From Pseudomonadota bacterium (GTDB lineage: Bacteria > Pseudomonadota > Gammaproteobacteria > Burkholderiales > Burkholderiaceae_C), in assembly GCA_021846965.1 (NCBI GenBank), contig JAJZWA010000011.1, forward strand, positions 244-64,243: a stretch of DNA of 64,000 bases. Reading direction: 5' to 3'. The notes beneath the pieces were generated by a model. It worked only from the letters and a program-made list of their open reading frames with translations. It had not been told where the DNA came from and did not search any database. A program made the translations under genes and the position numbers. This document shows positions 1-10,178 of this stretch, piece after piece. Position 1 is the stretch's first letter. The number at the start of each line of letters is the position of its first letter.

Positions 1-245
1 CCCTTGGCGGCCAGCTTGATCTCCACGAAGACCAGCAGGGGCTTGTCCACGGCGGCCGCGGAGATCTGCGCGTGGTAGCCGGTGATCACCCCGTCGCGCT
101 CCATGCGCTTGACCCGCTCCGCGCAGGGCGAGTTGCTCAGGCCGACCCTGCCGGCCAGCTCGGTGATGGCGATGCGGCCCTCGCGCTGCAGGATGTCGAG
201 GATCTTGCGATCCATGCGGTCGAGCTGGTGTTTTTCGCGTTCCAT
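1..245 (-). CDS. Lrp/AsnC family transcriptional regulator (N-terminal part; runs off the window edge)
   Basis: Not in the ORF track; my translation from the CAT at 243-245 gives [59 protein letters not shown]..., the Lrp/AsnC HTH pattern. Divergent from dadA. Confidence 0.92.
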   Translation of the reverse strand, partial: MEREKHQLDRMDRKILDILQREGRIAITELAGRVGLSNSPCAERVKRMERDGVITGYHAQISAAAVDKPLLVFVEIKLAAK

Positions 246-363
246 GGCCCAGATCCCGGGATTTGACTGGATCTATTTACTCTCATTCTGTCATAAAACA
301 GGAAAAAACACTTCCATCAAGGCTCTACAGTCGCCCCATCCATCGATTGCTGGGGATTCGGCG

Positions 364-1656
364 ATGAAAGTGATCGTTCTCGGGGCTGGCGTGGTCGGCG
401 TCACCACGGCCTACTATCTGGCGCGCGCGGGCGCCGAGGTGACCGTGCTCGAACGCGAGGCGGGGCCTGCGCTGCAGACCAGTTTCGCCAACGCGGGCCA
501 GGTATCTCCCGGCTATTCGACCCCCTGGGCCGCGCCCGGCATCCCGTTCAAGGCGCTGAAATGGATGTTCCAGCGCCACGCGCCCCTGGCCATCCGTCCC
601 GACGGCACGCTGTGGCAGCTGCGCTGGATGGCCTCCATGCTGCGCAATTGCAACGCGGCCAGCTACGCCGTGAACAAGGAACGCATGATGCGCGTGGCCG
701 AATACAGCCGCGACTGCCTGCGCGAACTGCGTGCCGAGACCGGCATTGCCTACGAACAACGCAGCGCCGGCACCCTGCAGGTGTTCCGCAGCCGCGCGCA
801 ATTCGATGCCGCCCAGCGCGACATCGAGGTCTTGCGCGAATGCGGCGTGGAACACCGCCTGTTGCAGCGCCACGAACTCGAAGGCGTCGAGCCGGCGCTG
901 GCGCAGGCGCGCGAGCGCCTCGTGGGCGGACTGCAACTGCCCAACGACGAGACCGGCGACTGCCAGATGTTCACCAGCGCGCTCGAGCGCCAGGCCCGCG
1001 ACCTCGGCGCGCGCTTTGTCTACGGGCGCAGCGTGCAGCGCATCGAAGCCGATGCCCGACGCGTCACCGGCGTGCTGGTCGACGGCGAGATGCTGCGCGC
1101 CGACGCCTACGTGCTGGCCTTCGGCAGCTACTCCCGCGCCCTGCTGGGCCCGCTGGGCATCGATCTGCCCGTGTACCCGATCAAGGGCTACTCGCTGACG
1201 GTGCCTCTGCTCGACGAATCCCTGGCCCCGCGCTCGACGGTGCTGGACGAGACCTACAAGATCGCCATCACCCGCTTCGACCGCCGCATCCGCGTGGGCG
1301 GCATGGCCGAGATCGCCGGCTTCGACCTGCGCCTGAACCCGCGGCGCCGCGCCACGCTGGAAATGGTCACGCGCCAGCTGTTCCCGGGTGGCGACCTGCC
1401 GGCTGCCGAATTCTGGACCGGCCTGCGCCCCATGACCCCCGACGGTACCCCCGTGCTGGGAGCGACCCGCTACGCCAACCTGTCGCTGAACACCGGGCAC
1501 GGCACGCTGGGCTGGACCATGGCCTGCGGAAGCGCACGCATCGTGGCCGATCAGTTGCTGGGGCGACGCACCGACATCGAGGCGCGCGATCTCGCGCTGG
1601 ACCGCGGCAAGGGCACGCCCGCGCGCAGCCACGGCGCCGTACCGGCCACGGCCTGA
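364..1656 (+). CDS. dadA: D-amino acid dehydrogenase
   Basis: [15 protein letters not shown]-binding motif, [24 protein letters not shown] and [16 protein letters not shown]. The ATG at 364 is in frame with ORF 82..1656. Confidence 0.95.
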   Translation: MKVIVLGAGVVGVTTAYYLARAGAEVTVLEREAGPALQTSFANAGQVSPGYSTPWAAPGIPFKALKWMFQRHAPLAIRPDGTLWQLRWMASMLRNCNAASYAVNKERMMRVAEYSRDCLRELRAETGIAYEQRSAGTLQVFRSRAQFDAAQRDIEVLRECGVEHRLLQRHELEGVEPALAQARERLVGGLQLPNDETGDCQMFTSALERQARDLGARFVYGRSVQRIEADARRVTGVLVDGEMLRADAYVLAFGSYSRALLGPLGIDLPVYPIKGYSLTVPLLDESLAPRSTVLDETYKIAITRFDRRIRVGGMAEIAGFDLRLNPRRRATLEMVTRQLFPGGDLPAAEFWTGLRPMTPDGTPVLGATRYANLSLNTGHGTLGWTMACGSARIVADQLLGRRTDIEARDLALDRGKGTPARSHGAVPATA

Positions 1657-1674
1657 ACGCGGCGCGCGGCAGGC

Positions 1675-2670
1675 TCAGCGGACCGCGGCGCGGCGATAGG
1701 GCCGCAGCGCCGCCCGCAGGCGCAGCACCACGGCCTCGCGCAACTCGGGCGGCTCCAGCACCTCCACCTCGGGCGCGAGCTGCGCGAGCTGCTCGGCCGC
1801 GTAGTCCCCGCGCTCCAGCGGCAGCTCCAGCTCCACGCGCTCGCCCAGCGCCGGCACCGCGGCGCGCGCCACGGCCAGCGCCACCGGCCGCCCCAGCGCG
1901 CGCAGGCGCTGCAGGCCGGCCGCGCTCGCCCGCACGCGTCCGCGTTCGCGGAACAGCTGCTGCTCCAGGCGCCGCAGGGCCTCGCCCCAGTAGCGCGCGA
2001 GCTCGAAACCCGCGGGGCGCTCGAAGCTCTGGCCCTGCAGCTCGGCCGAGGTCACCGAGGCCACGCGATAGCTGCGCAGCGAGCTCTCGTCCATCGCACC
2101 GCTGAGCTGGGCCGCGGCCACGAAATACCAGCGCCCGCCCTTGAGCACCAGGCCCAGCGGGGCCACCACGCGCCGCGAGCTGCGCGTCCAGCTGCGGTAG
2201 GACATGCTCAGGAAGCGCTGCTCCCACACCGCGGCAGCCACCACCGTGAGGAACGGCGCCGGCTCCTGCTCCTCGTACCAGGACTGGGGATCCAGGTGCA
2301 GACGCGAACTCAGGCGCTGGGCCTGGCCGCGCAGCCCCTCGGGCATCGCCGCCAGCAGCTTCAGACGAGCCGAGGTGAAGCGCTCGCCCAGGCCGAGTTC
2401 GGCCGCCGGCCCGGCCAGCCCGCCCAGCAGCACCAGTTCGGCCTCCTGTGCACTGAGTCCGCCCAGGCCGGGCTTCCAGCCGCGCAACAGGCGCAGGCCG
2501 CCGCAGCGCCCGCGTTCGGCGTAGATCGGAACCCCGGCGGCGCTGAGCTGGTCCACGTCGCGGTACAGCGTGCGCAAGGAAACCTCCAGCTCCTCGGCCA
2601 GCGCGCGCGCGGTCATCGGGCCACGCGCTTCCAGCAGCATCTGGATCGACAACAGCCGGGCGGCACGCAT
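1675..2670 (-). CDS. YafY-family HTH-WYL transcriptional regulator
   Basis: N-terminal wHTH (MRAARLL...ARALAEELEVSLRTLYRDVDQLSAAGVPIYAERGRCGG) and WYL-domain core (VVAPLGLVLKGGRWYFVA...RSYRVASV), followed by a WCX-like C-terminus. Confidence 0.93.
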   Translation of the reverse strand: MRAARLLSIQMLLEARGPMTARALAEELEVSLRTLYRDVDQLSAAGVPIYAERGRCGGLRLLRGWKPGLGGLSAQEAELVLLGGLAGPAAELGLGERFTSARLKLLAAMPEGLRGQAQRLSSRLHLDPQSWYEEQEPAPFLTVVAAAVWEQRFLSMSYRSWTRSSRRVVAPLGLVLKGGRWYFVAAAQLSGAMDESSLRSYRVASVTSAELQGQSFERPAGFELARYWGEALRRLEQQLFRERGRVRASAAGLQRLRALGRPVALAVARAAVPALGERVELELPLERGDYAAEQLAQLAPEVEVLEPPELREAVVLRLRAALRPYRRAAVR

Positions 2671-2695
2671 GGTCTCGGAAGCGGGAACGAAATGT

Positions 2696-2720
2696 TGTCA
2701 CGGGATGTCAGGTATTGTCG
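2696..2720. promoter_or_regulatory. Three helically phased TGTC(A/G) direct repeats; candidate operator of the WYL regulator
   Basis: TGTCA 2696-2700, TGTCA 2706-2710 and TGTCG 2716-2720, exact 10-bp period, in the 89-bp divergent intergenic region. Confidence 0.5.
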
Positions 2721-2737
2721 CGCAGACTGCGCAGACT
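2720..2737. repeat. 9-bp tandem duplication GCGCAGACT x2
   Basis: GCGCAGACT at 2720-2728 and 2729-2737, read directly. Confidence 0.8.
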
Positions 2738-2759
2738 TCCCGATCCACAGCCGCACCCC

Positions 2760-4094
2760 ATGTCCTCCGCCCCGCCGCGCCCTCGTGCGCCTTGCGCCGC
2801 CTCCGCGGCATCGTCCCCCTCCTCCGCGTCCACGGCCGCGGCCGGCCACGCCCGTCATCTCACCCTCGCGCAAGGCACCGCGTTGTATGTGGCCGCGGTG
2901 CTGGGTACCGGCGTCATCGCGCTGCCCGCGCTGGCCGCCGCCGCGGCCGGCCCGGCCTCGCTGCTGGCCTGGCTCGCGCTGGTGGCGCTCTCGGTACCGC
3001 TGGCCGGCACCTTCGCCGCGCTGGCAGCGCGCTACCCCGACGCCGGGGGCGTGGCCACCTACGTGCGCCACGCCTTCGGCCCGCGCGCCTCCGCGGTGGT
3101 CGGCTGGTGCTTCTTCTTCGCCGTGCCGGCCGGGGCGCCGGCGGCGGCACTGTTCGCGGGCGACTACGTCGCCGCCGCCCTCGGCGGCGCGCACACGGCC
3201 TGGATCACCGCCTACGCGATGCTCGCCTCGGTGGCTGCGCTCAACGCCTTCGGCGTGTCGGTGTCGGGGCGGGTGCAGCTGCGCCTGAGCGTCTTGCTGG
3301 TGGGCCTGCTGCTGGTCGCCGTGGCGGCCTCCGCACCGCATGCCCGCCTCGCCAACCTGCACCCCTTCGCGCCCCATGGCTGGGCGGCACTGGGGCACGC
3401 GGCGGCCCTGCTGGTGTGGAGCTTCGCCGGCTGGGAGGCCATCACCCACCTGGCGGGCGAGTTCCGCAGGCCCCGCAGCGATCTTCCTCGCGCCGCGGGC
3501 ATGGCGGTGCTGATCGTCGGCGTGCTGTACCTGGGCGTGGCCGCGGCCACGATCTGCGTGCTCGGGGCAGGCGCCGCCACCAACCCGGCGCCGCTGGCCG
3601 CGCTGCTGGCCATCGGCGTGGGCGGACCGGCCTCGTGGTTCGCCGCCGCGGCCGCGCTGCTGCTGACCTTCGGCACCATGAACGCCTATTTCGCCGGTGC
3701 CGCCAAGCTCGGCGCGGCGCTGGGGCGCGACGGCGCCCTGCCGGCCTGGCTGGCCCGAGGCAGCCAGGCCGGCGACGTGCCGCGGCGCAGCCTGGGGCTG
3801 CTCGCGTTGCTCGCCTTGCTGATGATGGTCCTGGCCGGAGCCAGTGGCATCGGCGCCCCGGCCCTGGTGCTGTTGACCACCGGCTGCTTCACGCTGGTGT
3901 ACCTGCTGGGCACGGCGTCCGCGCTGCGTCTGCTGCGGCCGCGCAGCCTGGCGTGGGTGGGCGCCTGCATCGCGCTGGTGGCGGTGGCGGCGCTGCTGCT
4001 CGCCAGCGGCCGCTACCTGCTGTGGCCCCTGGCCATCGGCTGCGGCGCGCTGGCCTACCAGCGCCTGCGCCCTCTGCCGCCCAGGCTCCTATGA
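2760..4094 (+). CDS. APC-superfamily amino acid permease/exporter (YjeH-like)
   Basis: LTLAQGTALYVAAVLGTGVIALP (TM1), RYPDAGGVATY, WSFAGWEAITHLAGEFRRP (TM6) and about 12 hydrophobic segments. The start codon is uncertain (ATG 2760 chosen). Confidence 0.85.
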   Translation: MSSAPPRPRAPCAASAASSPSSASTAAAGHARHLTLAQGTALYVAAVLGTGVIALPALAAAAAGPASLLAWLALVALSVPLAGTFAALAARYPDAGGVATYVRHAFGPRASAVVGWCFFFAVPAGAPAAALFAGDYVAAALGGAHTAWITAYAMLASVAALNAFGVSVSGRVQLRLSVLLVGLLLVAVAASAPHARLANLHPFAPHGWAALGHAAALLVWSFAGWEAITHLAGEFRRPRSDLPRAAGMAVLIVGVLYLGVAAATICVLGAGAATNPAPLAALLAIGVGGPASWFAAAAALLLTFGTMNAYFAGAAKLGAALGRDGALPAWLARGSQAGDVPRRSLGLLALLALLMMVLAGASGIGAPALVLLTTGCFTLVYLLGTASALRLLRPRSLAWVGACIALVAVAALLLASGRYLLWPLAIGCGALAYQRLRPLPPRLL

Positions 4095-4160
4095 TGCTGG
4101 ATTTGGGGGAACGGTCCCGGAGACGCCGGAGGCCGTGGCCCTCCGGGCACGGAGATCCGC

Positions 4161-4904
4161 ATGAAGGACAACATCGACGGCAAGGTCGTGGTCATCACCG
4201 GCGCGAGCAGCGGCCTGGGCGAGGCGGCGGCGCGCCACCTCGCGGCGCTGGGCGCCCGCGTGGTGCTGGGCGCGCGCCGCGAGGAGCGCATTCGCGCGCT
4301 GAGCGAACAGCTGCGCAGCGAGGGCCTGCAGGCCGAGTACCTCGCCACCGACGTCACCCGGCGCGAGGACGTGGCCAGGCTGGTCGACACGGCGATCCGC
4401 GCCTTCGGGCGCATCGACGTGATGCTGGGCAATGCCGGCCTGATGCCCAACTCCCGGCTGGAGCGCCTGAAGGTCGAGGACTGGGAGCGCATGATCGACG
4501 TCAACCTCAAGGGCGTGCTCTACGGCATCGCGGCTGCGCTGCCGCCGATGCAGCGTCAGAACTCCGGGCACTTCATCCACGTCTCCTCGGTGGCGGGGCA
4601 CAAGGTGCGCGCCGGCGGCGCCGTGTACGCGGCCACCAAGCACGCTGTGCGCGCCCTCACCGAAGGCCTGCGTCAGGAGGTCAAGGGGTTCAACATCCGC
4701 ACGACCATCATCTCCCCGGGAGCGGTGGCGACCGAGCTGACCGACAGCATCACCGAGCCGGACATCCAGGCCACGATGAAAAAGGTCTACGAATCGGCCA
4801 TTTCCGCCGAGTCCTTCGCCCGTACCGTGGCCTTCGCGATCTCCCAGCCCGACGACGTGGACATCAACGAGATCCTGTTCCGACCCACCAGCCAGGAATA
4901 CTGA
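4161..4904 (+). CDS. SDR family oxidoreductase (YdfG-like classical SDR)
   Basis: [22 protein letters not shown], catalytic [14 protein letters not shown] and C-terminal [13 protein letters not shown]. Confidence 0.93.
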   Translation: MKDNIDGKVVVITGASSGLGEAAARHLAALGARVVLGARREERIRALSEQLRSEGLQAEYLATDVTRREDVARLVDTAIRAFGRIDVMLGNAGLMPNSRLERLKVEDWERMIDVNLKGVLYGIAAALPPMQRQNSGHFIHVSSVAGHKVRAGGAVYAATKHAVRALTEGLRQEVKGFNIRTTIISPGAVATELTDSITEPDIQATMKKVYESAISAESFARTVAFAISQPDDVDINEILFRPTSQEY

Positions 4905-4913
4905 GGCCGCGGC

Positions 4914-5351
4914 TCAGTCCGGGAAGACCACGCCCTTCTTGAGGATGATGCAGCCGTAGGGCCGAGGCTCGCCGGTGGCGACCACCGCGTAGGCCTCGCG
5001 CGAACGGGCGTAGAAGGCGTGGCGCTCGATGCCGGCCAGCGTGAAGCGGCCCGGCCCCTCGTGGCGGTCGATCAGCGCCTGGCACTCGCGCTGCACCTCG
5101 GGGATGTCCGCGGGCGCGCCCACCACCTCCATGCGCAGCGCCGGCTGCTCCACGAAGCCGTCCAGGGGCATCAGCTGCAGGCAGGCGTCCAGCAGCTCGG
5201 GCAGCCCGGCGCTGTCGAATCGCAGCAGGCGCCGCGCCATGGTGGCGGCGGGATAGTTGGCGTCGACCAGGGCGATTTCGTCGCCATGCCCCATCGAGGC
5301 CAGCGCGTGCAGCAGGTCGGGGGTGTGCAGTCGGGACAGGAGCTTGAGCAT
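4914..5351 (-). CDS. RbsD/FucU family sugar mutarotase (FucU-like)
   Basis: MLK...PDLLHALASMGHGDEIALVDANYP, FYARSREAYAVVATGE and YGCIILKKGV match the FucU pattern. Confidence 0.9.
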   Translation of the reverse strand: MLKLLSRLHTPDLLHALASMGHGDEIALVDANYPAATMARRLLRFDSAGLPELLDACLQLMPLDGFVEQPALRMEVVGAPADIPEVQRECQALIDRHEGPGRFTLAGIERHAFYARSREAYAVVATGEPRPYGCIILKKGVVFPD

Positions 5352-5412
5352 CGCAGGGGTTCCTCGGAAGGTGGCGGCCCCAGGGCCGCGGGCGCGGGCC
5401 GCCGGGACCGGC

Positions 5413-6405
5413 TCAGGCCGACGGGTCCCGACGCTTGAGATAGTCGAGCATGACGGCGAGCAGGATCACGAAACCCTGCACCAGCTGGGTGTAGTACGGG
5501 GGCACGTTCAGCAGCACCAACGCATCCAGGATGGTCGCGATCAGCAGCGCCCCGATGACCGCGCCGGACACCTTGCCGCGTCCGCCGAACAGGCTGACCC
5601 CGCCGATGACCACCGCGGCGATCGCGCTCAGTTCGTCGCCGCGCCCGGCATTCGGATCGGCACTGCTGAGCTGCGCGGCGAAGACGATGCCGGCGATGCC
5701 GCTGCACAGGCCGCTGAAGCCATAGGCCACGGTGCGCAGGCGGCGCACGGGGATGCCCGACCGGTAGGCAGCGGTGCGGTTGCCGCCGACCGCGTAGACA
5801 TGCTGCCCCGACGCGGTCCTGGCCAGCCACAGCCAGGCCCCGCACACCACGCACAGCGCCAGCCAGACCTGCGCCGGGACGCCCAGCAGGCGTGCCTGGC
5901 CGATGGCATTGAAGGCATCCGCGGCAATGCCGATCGGGTTGCCCTGCGTGATGATCAGGGTCAGGCTGCTCACCACCGACAAGCCGGCCAGGGTGGCGAT
6001 GAAGTCCGTCACCCGCAGGTAGTTGATGATCAGGCCCTGGATCGCGCCCACGCCGGTGGTGGCGGCCAGCGCGCACGCCAGCGCCAGCGGCCAGGGCAGG
6101 CCCAGGCGCGCCATCAGCGCGGCCGCGACCGCGCCCGAGAGCCCCGCCATCGCCCCCACGGCCAGGTCGATGCCCGCCACCAGCACCACGACCAGCTCGC
6201 CCACCGCCATGATCACGAAGGGCGCGCTTTGCACGAGGATGCTCAGCAGGTTCGCCGTGCTCAGGAAATACGGGGTCGCCAGCGACAGCGCGGCCACCAG
6301 CACGATGAAGCCGATCAGCACGCCGTTGTCCAGGGCCAGGCGGCCGGGGCGGTGCAGCCAGACGTGGCGGCGCCCGGCCCCCGGAGTCGTTTGCAGGGTC
6401 GTCAC
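5413..6405 (-). CDS. Sugar ABC transporter permease (RbsC-like)
   Basis: GIDLAVGA, FIATLAG, YAVGGNRTAAYRSGIPV and GDELSAIAAVVIGGVSLFGGRG. Confidence 0.93.
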   Translation of the reverse strand: MTTLQTTPGAGRRHVWLHRPGRLALDNGVLIGFIVLVAALSLATPYFLSTANLLSILVQSAPFVIMAVGELVVVLVAGIDLAVGAMAGLSGAVAAALMARLGLPWPLALACALAATTGVGAIQGLIINYLRVTDFIATLAGLSVVSSLTLIITQGNPIGIAADAFNAIGQARLLGVPAQVWLALCVVCGAWLWLARTASGQHVYAVGGNRTAAYRSGIPVRRLRTVAYGFSGLCSGIAGIVFAAQLSSADPNAGRGDELSAIAAVVIGGVSLFGGRGKVSGAVIGALLIATILDALVLLNVPPYYTQLVQGFVILLAVMLDYLKRRDPSA

Positions 6406-7196
6406 GCTTTGTGTCTCCCGAACAACATCGATCGCACCACCGCGTCCTCGCCCAGTTCGGCCGGGGCGCCCTCCAGGGCCTTGGCGCCTCGCGTGAGCAC
6501 CGCGATGCGGTCGGCCACGCGCCAGACGTCGGACATGGTGTGGGTGATCAGGATCACCGCCACGCCCTGCTCGGCCAGGCGCGTGATCAGTTGAAGAATG
6601 GCCTCGTGCTCGCCGACACCGACCGCCGCGGTCGGCTCGTCCATGATGACCAGCCGCGCCCGCCAGTACACCGCGCGGGCCACGGCGACGGCCTGGCGCT
6701 GCCCGCCGGAGAGTTCGCCCACCGGACGCGCCAGGTCGGGGATGTGGATGTCGAGCTGCTCCAGCACCCTCGCGGCTTCCTCACGCATGCGCACGCGGTC
6801 CAGCATGGGCAGGCCGAGACGGCGCCGGCGGATCTCCCGGCCCAGGAAGATGTTGGCGCCGACGTCGAGGTTCTCCGCCAGCGCGAGATCCTGGTAGATG
6901 GTCTCGATGCCGAGCTCGCGCGCATGCCGCGGATCGAAGCTGCGCAGGGTCTGGTCCGCGAAGCTCATGCTGCCGCCGCTGGGCGGGTGCGCGCCCGCGA
7001 TGACCTTGATCAGCGTGGACTTGCCGGCGCCGTTGTCACCCAGCAAGGCCACGACCTCGCCCGCGCGCACGTCGAGGTCCACGCCCTTGAGCGCCTCCAC
7101 GGCGCCGAAGCGCTTGGTGATGCCCCGCAGGCTGAGCAGGACGGAGCCCTCCGCGGAGGGCTCCTGCCGCACGCGGGCGCCAGGATGCGCCGCCAT
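6402..7196 (-). CDS. Sugar ABC transporter ATP-binding protein (single NBD)
   Basis: Walker [10 protein letters not shown], signature LSGGQRQ and Walker B VIMDEPT. The 264 aa hold one NBD only. Overlaps the permease start by 4 bp. Confidence 0.93.
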   Translation of the reverse strand: MAAHPGARVRQEPSAEGSVLLSLRGITKRFGAVEALKGVDLDVRAGEVVALLGDNGAGKSTLIKVIAGAHPPSGGSMSFADQTLRSFDPRHARELGIETIYQDLALAENLDVGANIFLGREIRRRRLGLPMLDRVRMREEAARVLEQLDIHIPDLARPVGELSGGQRQAVAVARAVYWRARLVIMDEPTAAVGVGEHEAILQLITRLAEQGVAVILITHTMSDVWRVADRIAVLTRGAKALEGAPAELGEDAVVRSMLFGRHKA

Positions 7197-7199
7197 CGC

Positions 7200-8114
7200 T
7201 CAGCGGCCGGCGACGTGCAGCTGCAGCGGCACGGCCACGAAGGGAACGCCGCCGTGCAGGTAGTCGTAGCCGGCCATCACGCCAAGCTTGCTCATCAGTG
7301 CCGGCTGCTGGCCCACGTCGAGCGCGATGCTGCCCTTCTTGACCGCGGCGATGCCGTCCGGCGTACCGTCGATGCTGGCGACCGTGACGCCCTTGGCGCG
7401 GTTCGCCGCCTGCAGCGCCTGCGCCGCGCCCAGCGCCATCTCGTCGTTCTCGGCGAACACCGCCTTCAGCCCGGCAGGATGGGCGATGAGGATGTTGCGC
7501 ATCACGTCCAGGCCCTGCTGGCGGTTGAAGTTGGCGGTCTGCCGGGCCACCACCTTGATGCCGGGGTAGGCCTTGAGCGCGGCCTCGCAGCCCTGCGTGC
7601 GTTCATTGGTGGCGGAAGCTCCCGGCACGCCGAGCAGGATCGCGATGTCGCCCTTGCCGCCGAGCTTGCGCGCGATGAAGCCGCAGGCGGTGCTGCCCGC
7701 GTCGACGTTGTCGGAGGCGAAGAAATCCAGCGCCTTGCCCTTGTCGGTGCGCCGGTCGAGGAAGATCACGGGCACGCCGGCACGGTTGGCCTCCTCCACC
7801 GCGGGGCTCATCGCGGTGGCGTCGGTCGGGTTGATCAGCAGCATGTCGACCTTGCGGGCGATCGCCGTGCGCACCTGGCCGGCCTGGGTGGTCGAGCTGT
7901 TGTTTCCGTCGAGCACCAGCAGCTTCACCCCCAGTTGGTCGGCCTCGGCCTGGGCGCTGTTCTTCATCGCCACGAAATACGGATTGTTCAAGGTCGACAG
8001 CAGCAGCGCGAAGGTGTACTGCTGCGCCGCCGACGCGGCCATGGGCATGGCCGCTGCCATCCCTGCGGCGGCGGTCAGCAGACCGCGAAGGACCCTGCGT
8101 TGGAAGGTGTTCAT
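7200..8114 (-). CDS. Sugar ABC transporter substrate-binding protein (RbsB-like)
   Basis: Signal peptide, STLNNPYF, SDNVDAG, SAATNER-type motif (GASATNERTQG), ANFNR, AENDEMALGA, IDGT and GQQP. Confidence 0.92.
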   Translation of the reverse strand: MNTFQRRVLRGLLTAAAGMAAAMPMAASAAQQYTFALLLSTLNNPYFVAMKNSAQAEADQLGVKLLVLDGNNSSTTQAGQVRTAIARKVDMLLINPTDATAMSPAVEEANRAGVPVIFLDRRTDKGKALDFFASDNVDAGSTACGFIARKLGGKGDIAILLGVPGASATNERTQGCEAALKAYPGIKVVARQTANFNRQQGLDVMRNILIAHPAGLKAVFAENDEMALGAAQALQAANRAKGVTVASIDGTPDGIAAVKKGSIALDVGQQPALMSKLGVMAGYDYLHGGVPFVAVPLQLHVAGR

Positions 8115-8165
8115 GGGTATGTCTCCTGTGATGGGCCATGGGCCCTGCTTGTGGACCGTGGCGTT

Positions 8166-9059
8166 TCAGAGCGATGCGAAGCGCCACAGCTCCTGGAATG
8201 TGGGCAGCGAGGGCTGCGCGCCCTCGCGGGTGGCGGCCAGCGCACCGTTGGCGTTGGCCAGGTCGACGGCGCGGGCCAGCGGCTGCCCGGCACTCAGCGC
8301 CCAGGCCAGCGCGCCGACGTAGGCGTCTCCGCAGGCGGTGGTGTCGACCACCTCGACCGGCAGCGCGGCGACCGAGCCCTGCCCCGACGGCCCCGACCAC
8401 ACCGAGCCGCGGGCGCCCAGGGTCACGATGACCGTCGAGCGCGGCGTGCGCAGGCTGGCGGCGACCCGCAGGGCCTCCTCGGGATGGGTCGGCGGCGGCA
8501 CGCCGAGCAGCGCGCCGGCCTCGGTCTCGTTGACCACGAGGACGTCCAGCGCCTCGGCCAGCGCGGCCGGCAGCGGCGCGGCCGGCGCGGCGTTGAGCAC
8601 GACGCGGCCGCCCCCGGCACGTACGCGGCGCGCGGCGGCGGTGACCGTGTCCAGCGGAACCTCCAGTTGCAGCAGCAACCAGCCGCCGGCGTCGAGATCC
8701 GCGGGCAGCTGCTCGGGGCCCAGGTGCGCGTTGGCGCCCGGCGCGACCACGATGCGGTTCTGGCCGCCGCGCTCCACGGTGATGAAGGCCGCGCCCGAGG
8801 GCGTGTCGACGCGCCGCACATGCTCGAGCGCGATCTCCTCGCGCCGCAGGGTCTCGTACAACGCGTCCCCGTAGGCGTCGCGCCCCAGGCAGCCGATCAT
8901 CGCCACCGGCGCACCCAGGCGCGCCGCGGCCACGGCCTGGTTCGCGCCCTTGCCGCCGGGGTGCAGGCGGTAGTCCGAGCCCAGCACGGTCTCGCCGGAG
9001 CCCGGCGCGCGCTCGACCTCGACGACCACGTCCATGTTGATGCTGCCGACCACGTTCAT
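8166..9059 (-). CDS. rbsK: Ribokinase (PfkB family)
   Basis: VVGSINMD, PGGKGANQAVAAARLG, VVNETE, VTLGARG and VVDTTACGDAY. The ATG at 9059 overlaps the LacI stop. Confidence 0.88.
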   Translation of the reverse strand: MNVVGSINMDVVVEVERAPGSGETVLGSDYRLHPGGKGANQAVAAARLGAPVAMIGCLGRDAYGDALYETLRREEIALEHVRRVDTPSGAAFITVERGGQNRIVVAPGANAHLGPEQLPADLDAGGWLLLQLEVPLDTVTAAARRVRAGGGRVVLNAAPAAPLPAALAEALDVLVVNETEAGALLGVPPPTHPEEALRVAASLRTPRSTVIVTLGARGSVWSGPSGQGSVAALPVEVVDTTACGDAYVGALAWALSAGQPLARAVDLANANGALAATREGAQPSLPTFQELWRFASL

Positions 9060-10045
9060 GCGCGAAGCTCCTGCGGCTGCAGGCTGCGGGTCGAGCCGCG
9101 CGCCACGTATTGCACCGGCAGCACCAGGTGCGTGGGCGCGCCTCCCTGGTCGCCGAGGCGGCGGTGCAGCAACTCGACGGCGCTGCGCCCGATGGCGCGC
9201 ACCGGCTGGCTGACCGTGCTCAGCGGAGGGTCCACCAGCGTGGCCCAGGGGATGTCGTCGAAGCCGATCAGGGAAAGGTCCTCGGGGACGCGGCGTCCAT
9301 GCGCCTTGAGCACGCGCAGCGCGCCGATGGCCACGGCGTCGTTGGCGGCCACGATCAGGGTGGGCCCGGCTTGCAGCAGGCGCCCCAGCGCCGCGGCGGG
9401 AAGCTCGCTGGAGTACGGGACTTCGAGGATCCACTCGGGCTGGATGTCGCCGAGCTCGGCGCACAGCGCCTCGCGGCGCTGGCGCGCGCTCACCGAATCC
9501 GCCGGCCCGGCCAGCAGCCCGATGCGCCGGTGCCCGAGTTCGCGGATGGCGCGCGCCAGCAGGCGCCCGCCCAGGCGGTGGTCCGAGCTCACGCTGTCGA
9601 ATTCCAGCAGGCCGGGGCCGACGCGGTCGATGACCACGGTGGGCCGGTAGGGCCTGGTGCGCGGCTGGCGTGTCTCCGGCACCCAGACGATCCCGTCCAC
9701 GCGCTGCTGCATCGCCGCCAGCGCCTGCTCCTCGCTCTCGCTGTCCGTTCCGGACTCGCTGAGCATGAGGCCGTAGCCGAGCTCGCGCGCGGTTTCCGCC
9801 ACGGCCTGGGCCAGCGCCGGAAAGAAGGGGTTGGCCAGGTCAGGCAACAACAACCCCAGCATGAAGTGCTGCCCCGTGCGCAGGCTGCGCGCCGAGGGAC
9901 TCGGCCGGTACCCCAGTTCGGCGATCGCGGCTTCCACCCGTGCGCGGGTCGCTGCCGACACCGGCTTGGAGCCATTGATCACATGGGACACCGTGGCGGT
10001 GGACACACCGGCCGCCTTGGCGACGTCCTCGAGGGTTGCGGGCAT
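9056..10045 (-). CDS. LacI family transcriptional regulator (RbsR-like)
   Basis: TLEDVAKAAGVSTATVSHVIN HTH, LGYRPSPSARSL hinge and VPEDLSLIGFDD...PPLSTV. Confidence 0.95.
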   Translation of the reverse strand: MPATLEDVAKAAGVSTATVSHVINGSKPVSAATRARVEAAIAELGYRPSPSARSLRTGQHFMLGLLLPDLANPFFPALAQAVAETARELGYGLMLSESGTDSESEEQALAAMQQRVDGIVWVPETRQPRTRPYRPTVVIDRVGPGLLEFDSVSSDHRLGGRLLARAIRELGHRRIGLLAGPADSVSARQRREALCAELGDIQPEWILEVPYSSELPAAALGRLLQAGPTLIVAANDAVAIGALRVLKAHGRRVPEDLSLIGFDDIPWATLVDPPLSTVSQPVRAIGRSAVELLHRRLGDQGGAPTHLVLPVQYVARGSTRSLQPQELRA

Positions 10046-10066
10046 GCGAGCCTGGTCGGAGAAAAA

Positions 10067-10080
10067 GTTAAACGATTAAC
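10067..10080. promoter_or_regulatory. LacI-family operator GTTAAACGATTAAC
   Basis: Near-perfect 14-bp palindrome centred on CG with the AANCGNTT core, 21 bp upstream of the LacI-led operon. Confidence 0.65.
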
Positions 10081-10178
10081 CGTGAAGGTTACGCAAGCCC
10101 GGCGTGGTGCGTCAAGAGGATTTGTCCTGCCGACGGGTTGCTGATGCGGCACGCGCAGTCAGGCCCGTGGCGAAGCCC

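Noticed and set aside
1-1656. Lrp-dadA pair without an adjacent alanine racemase
   Set aside because: This is an ordinary arrangement, and the racemase may be elsewhere.
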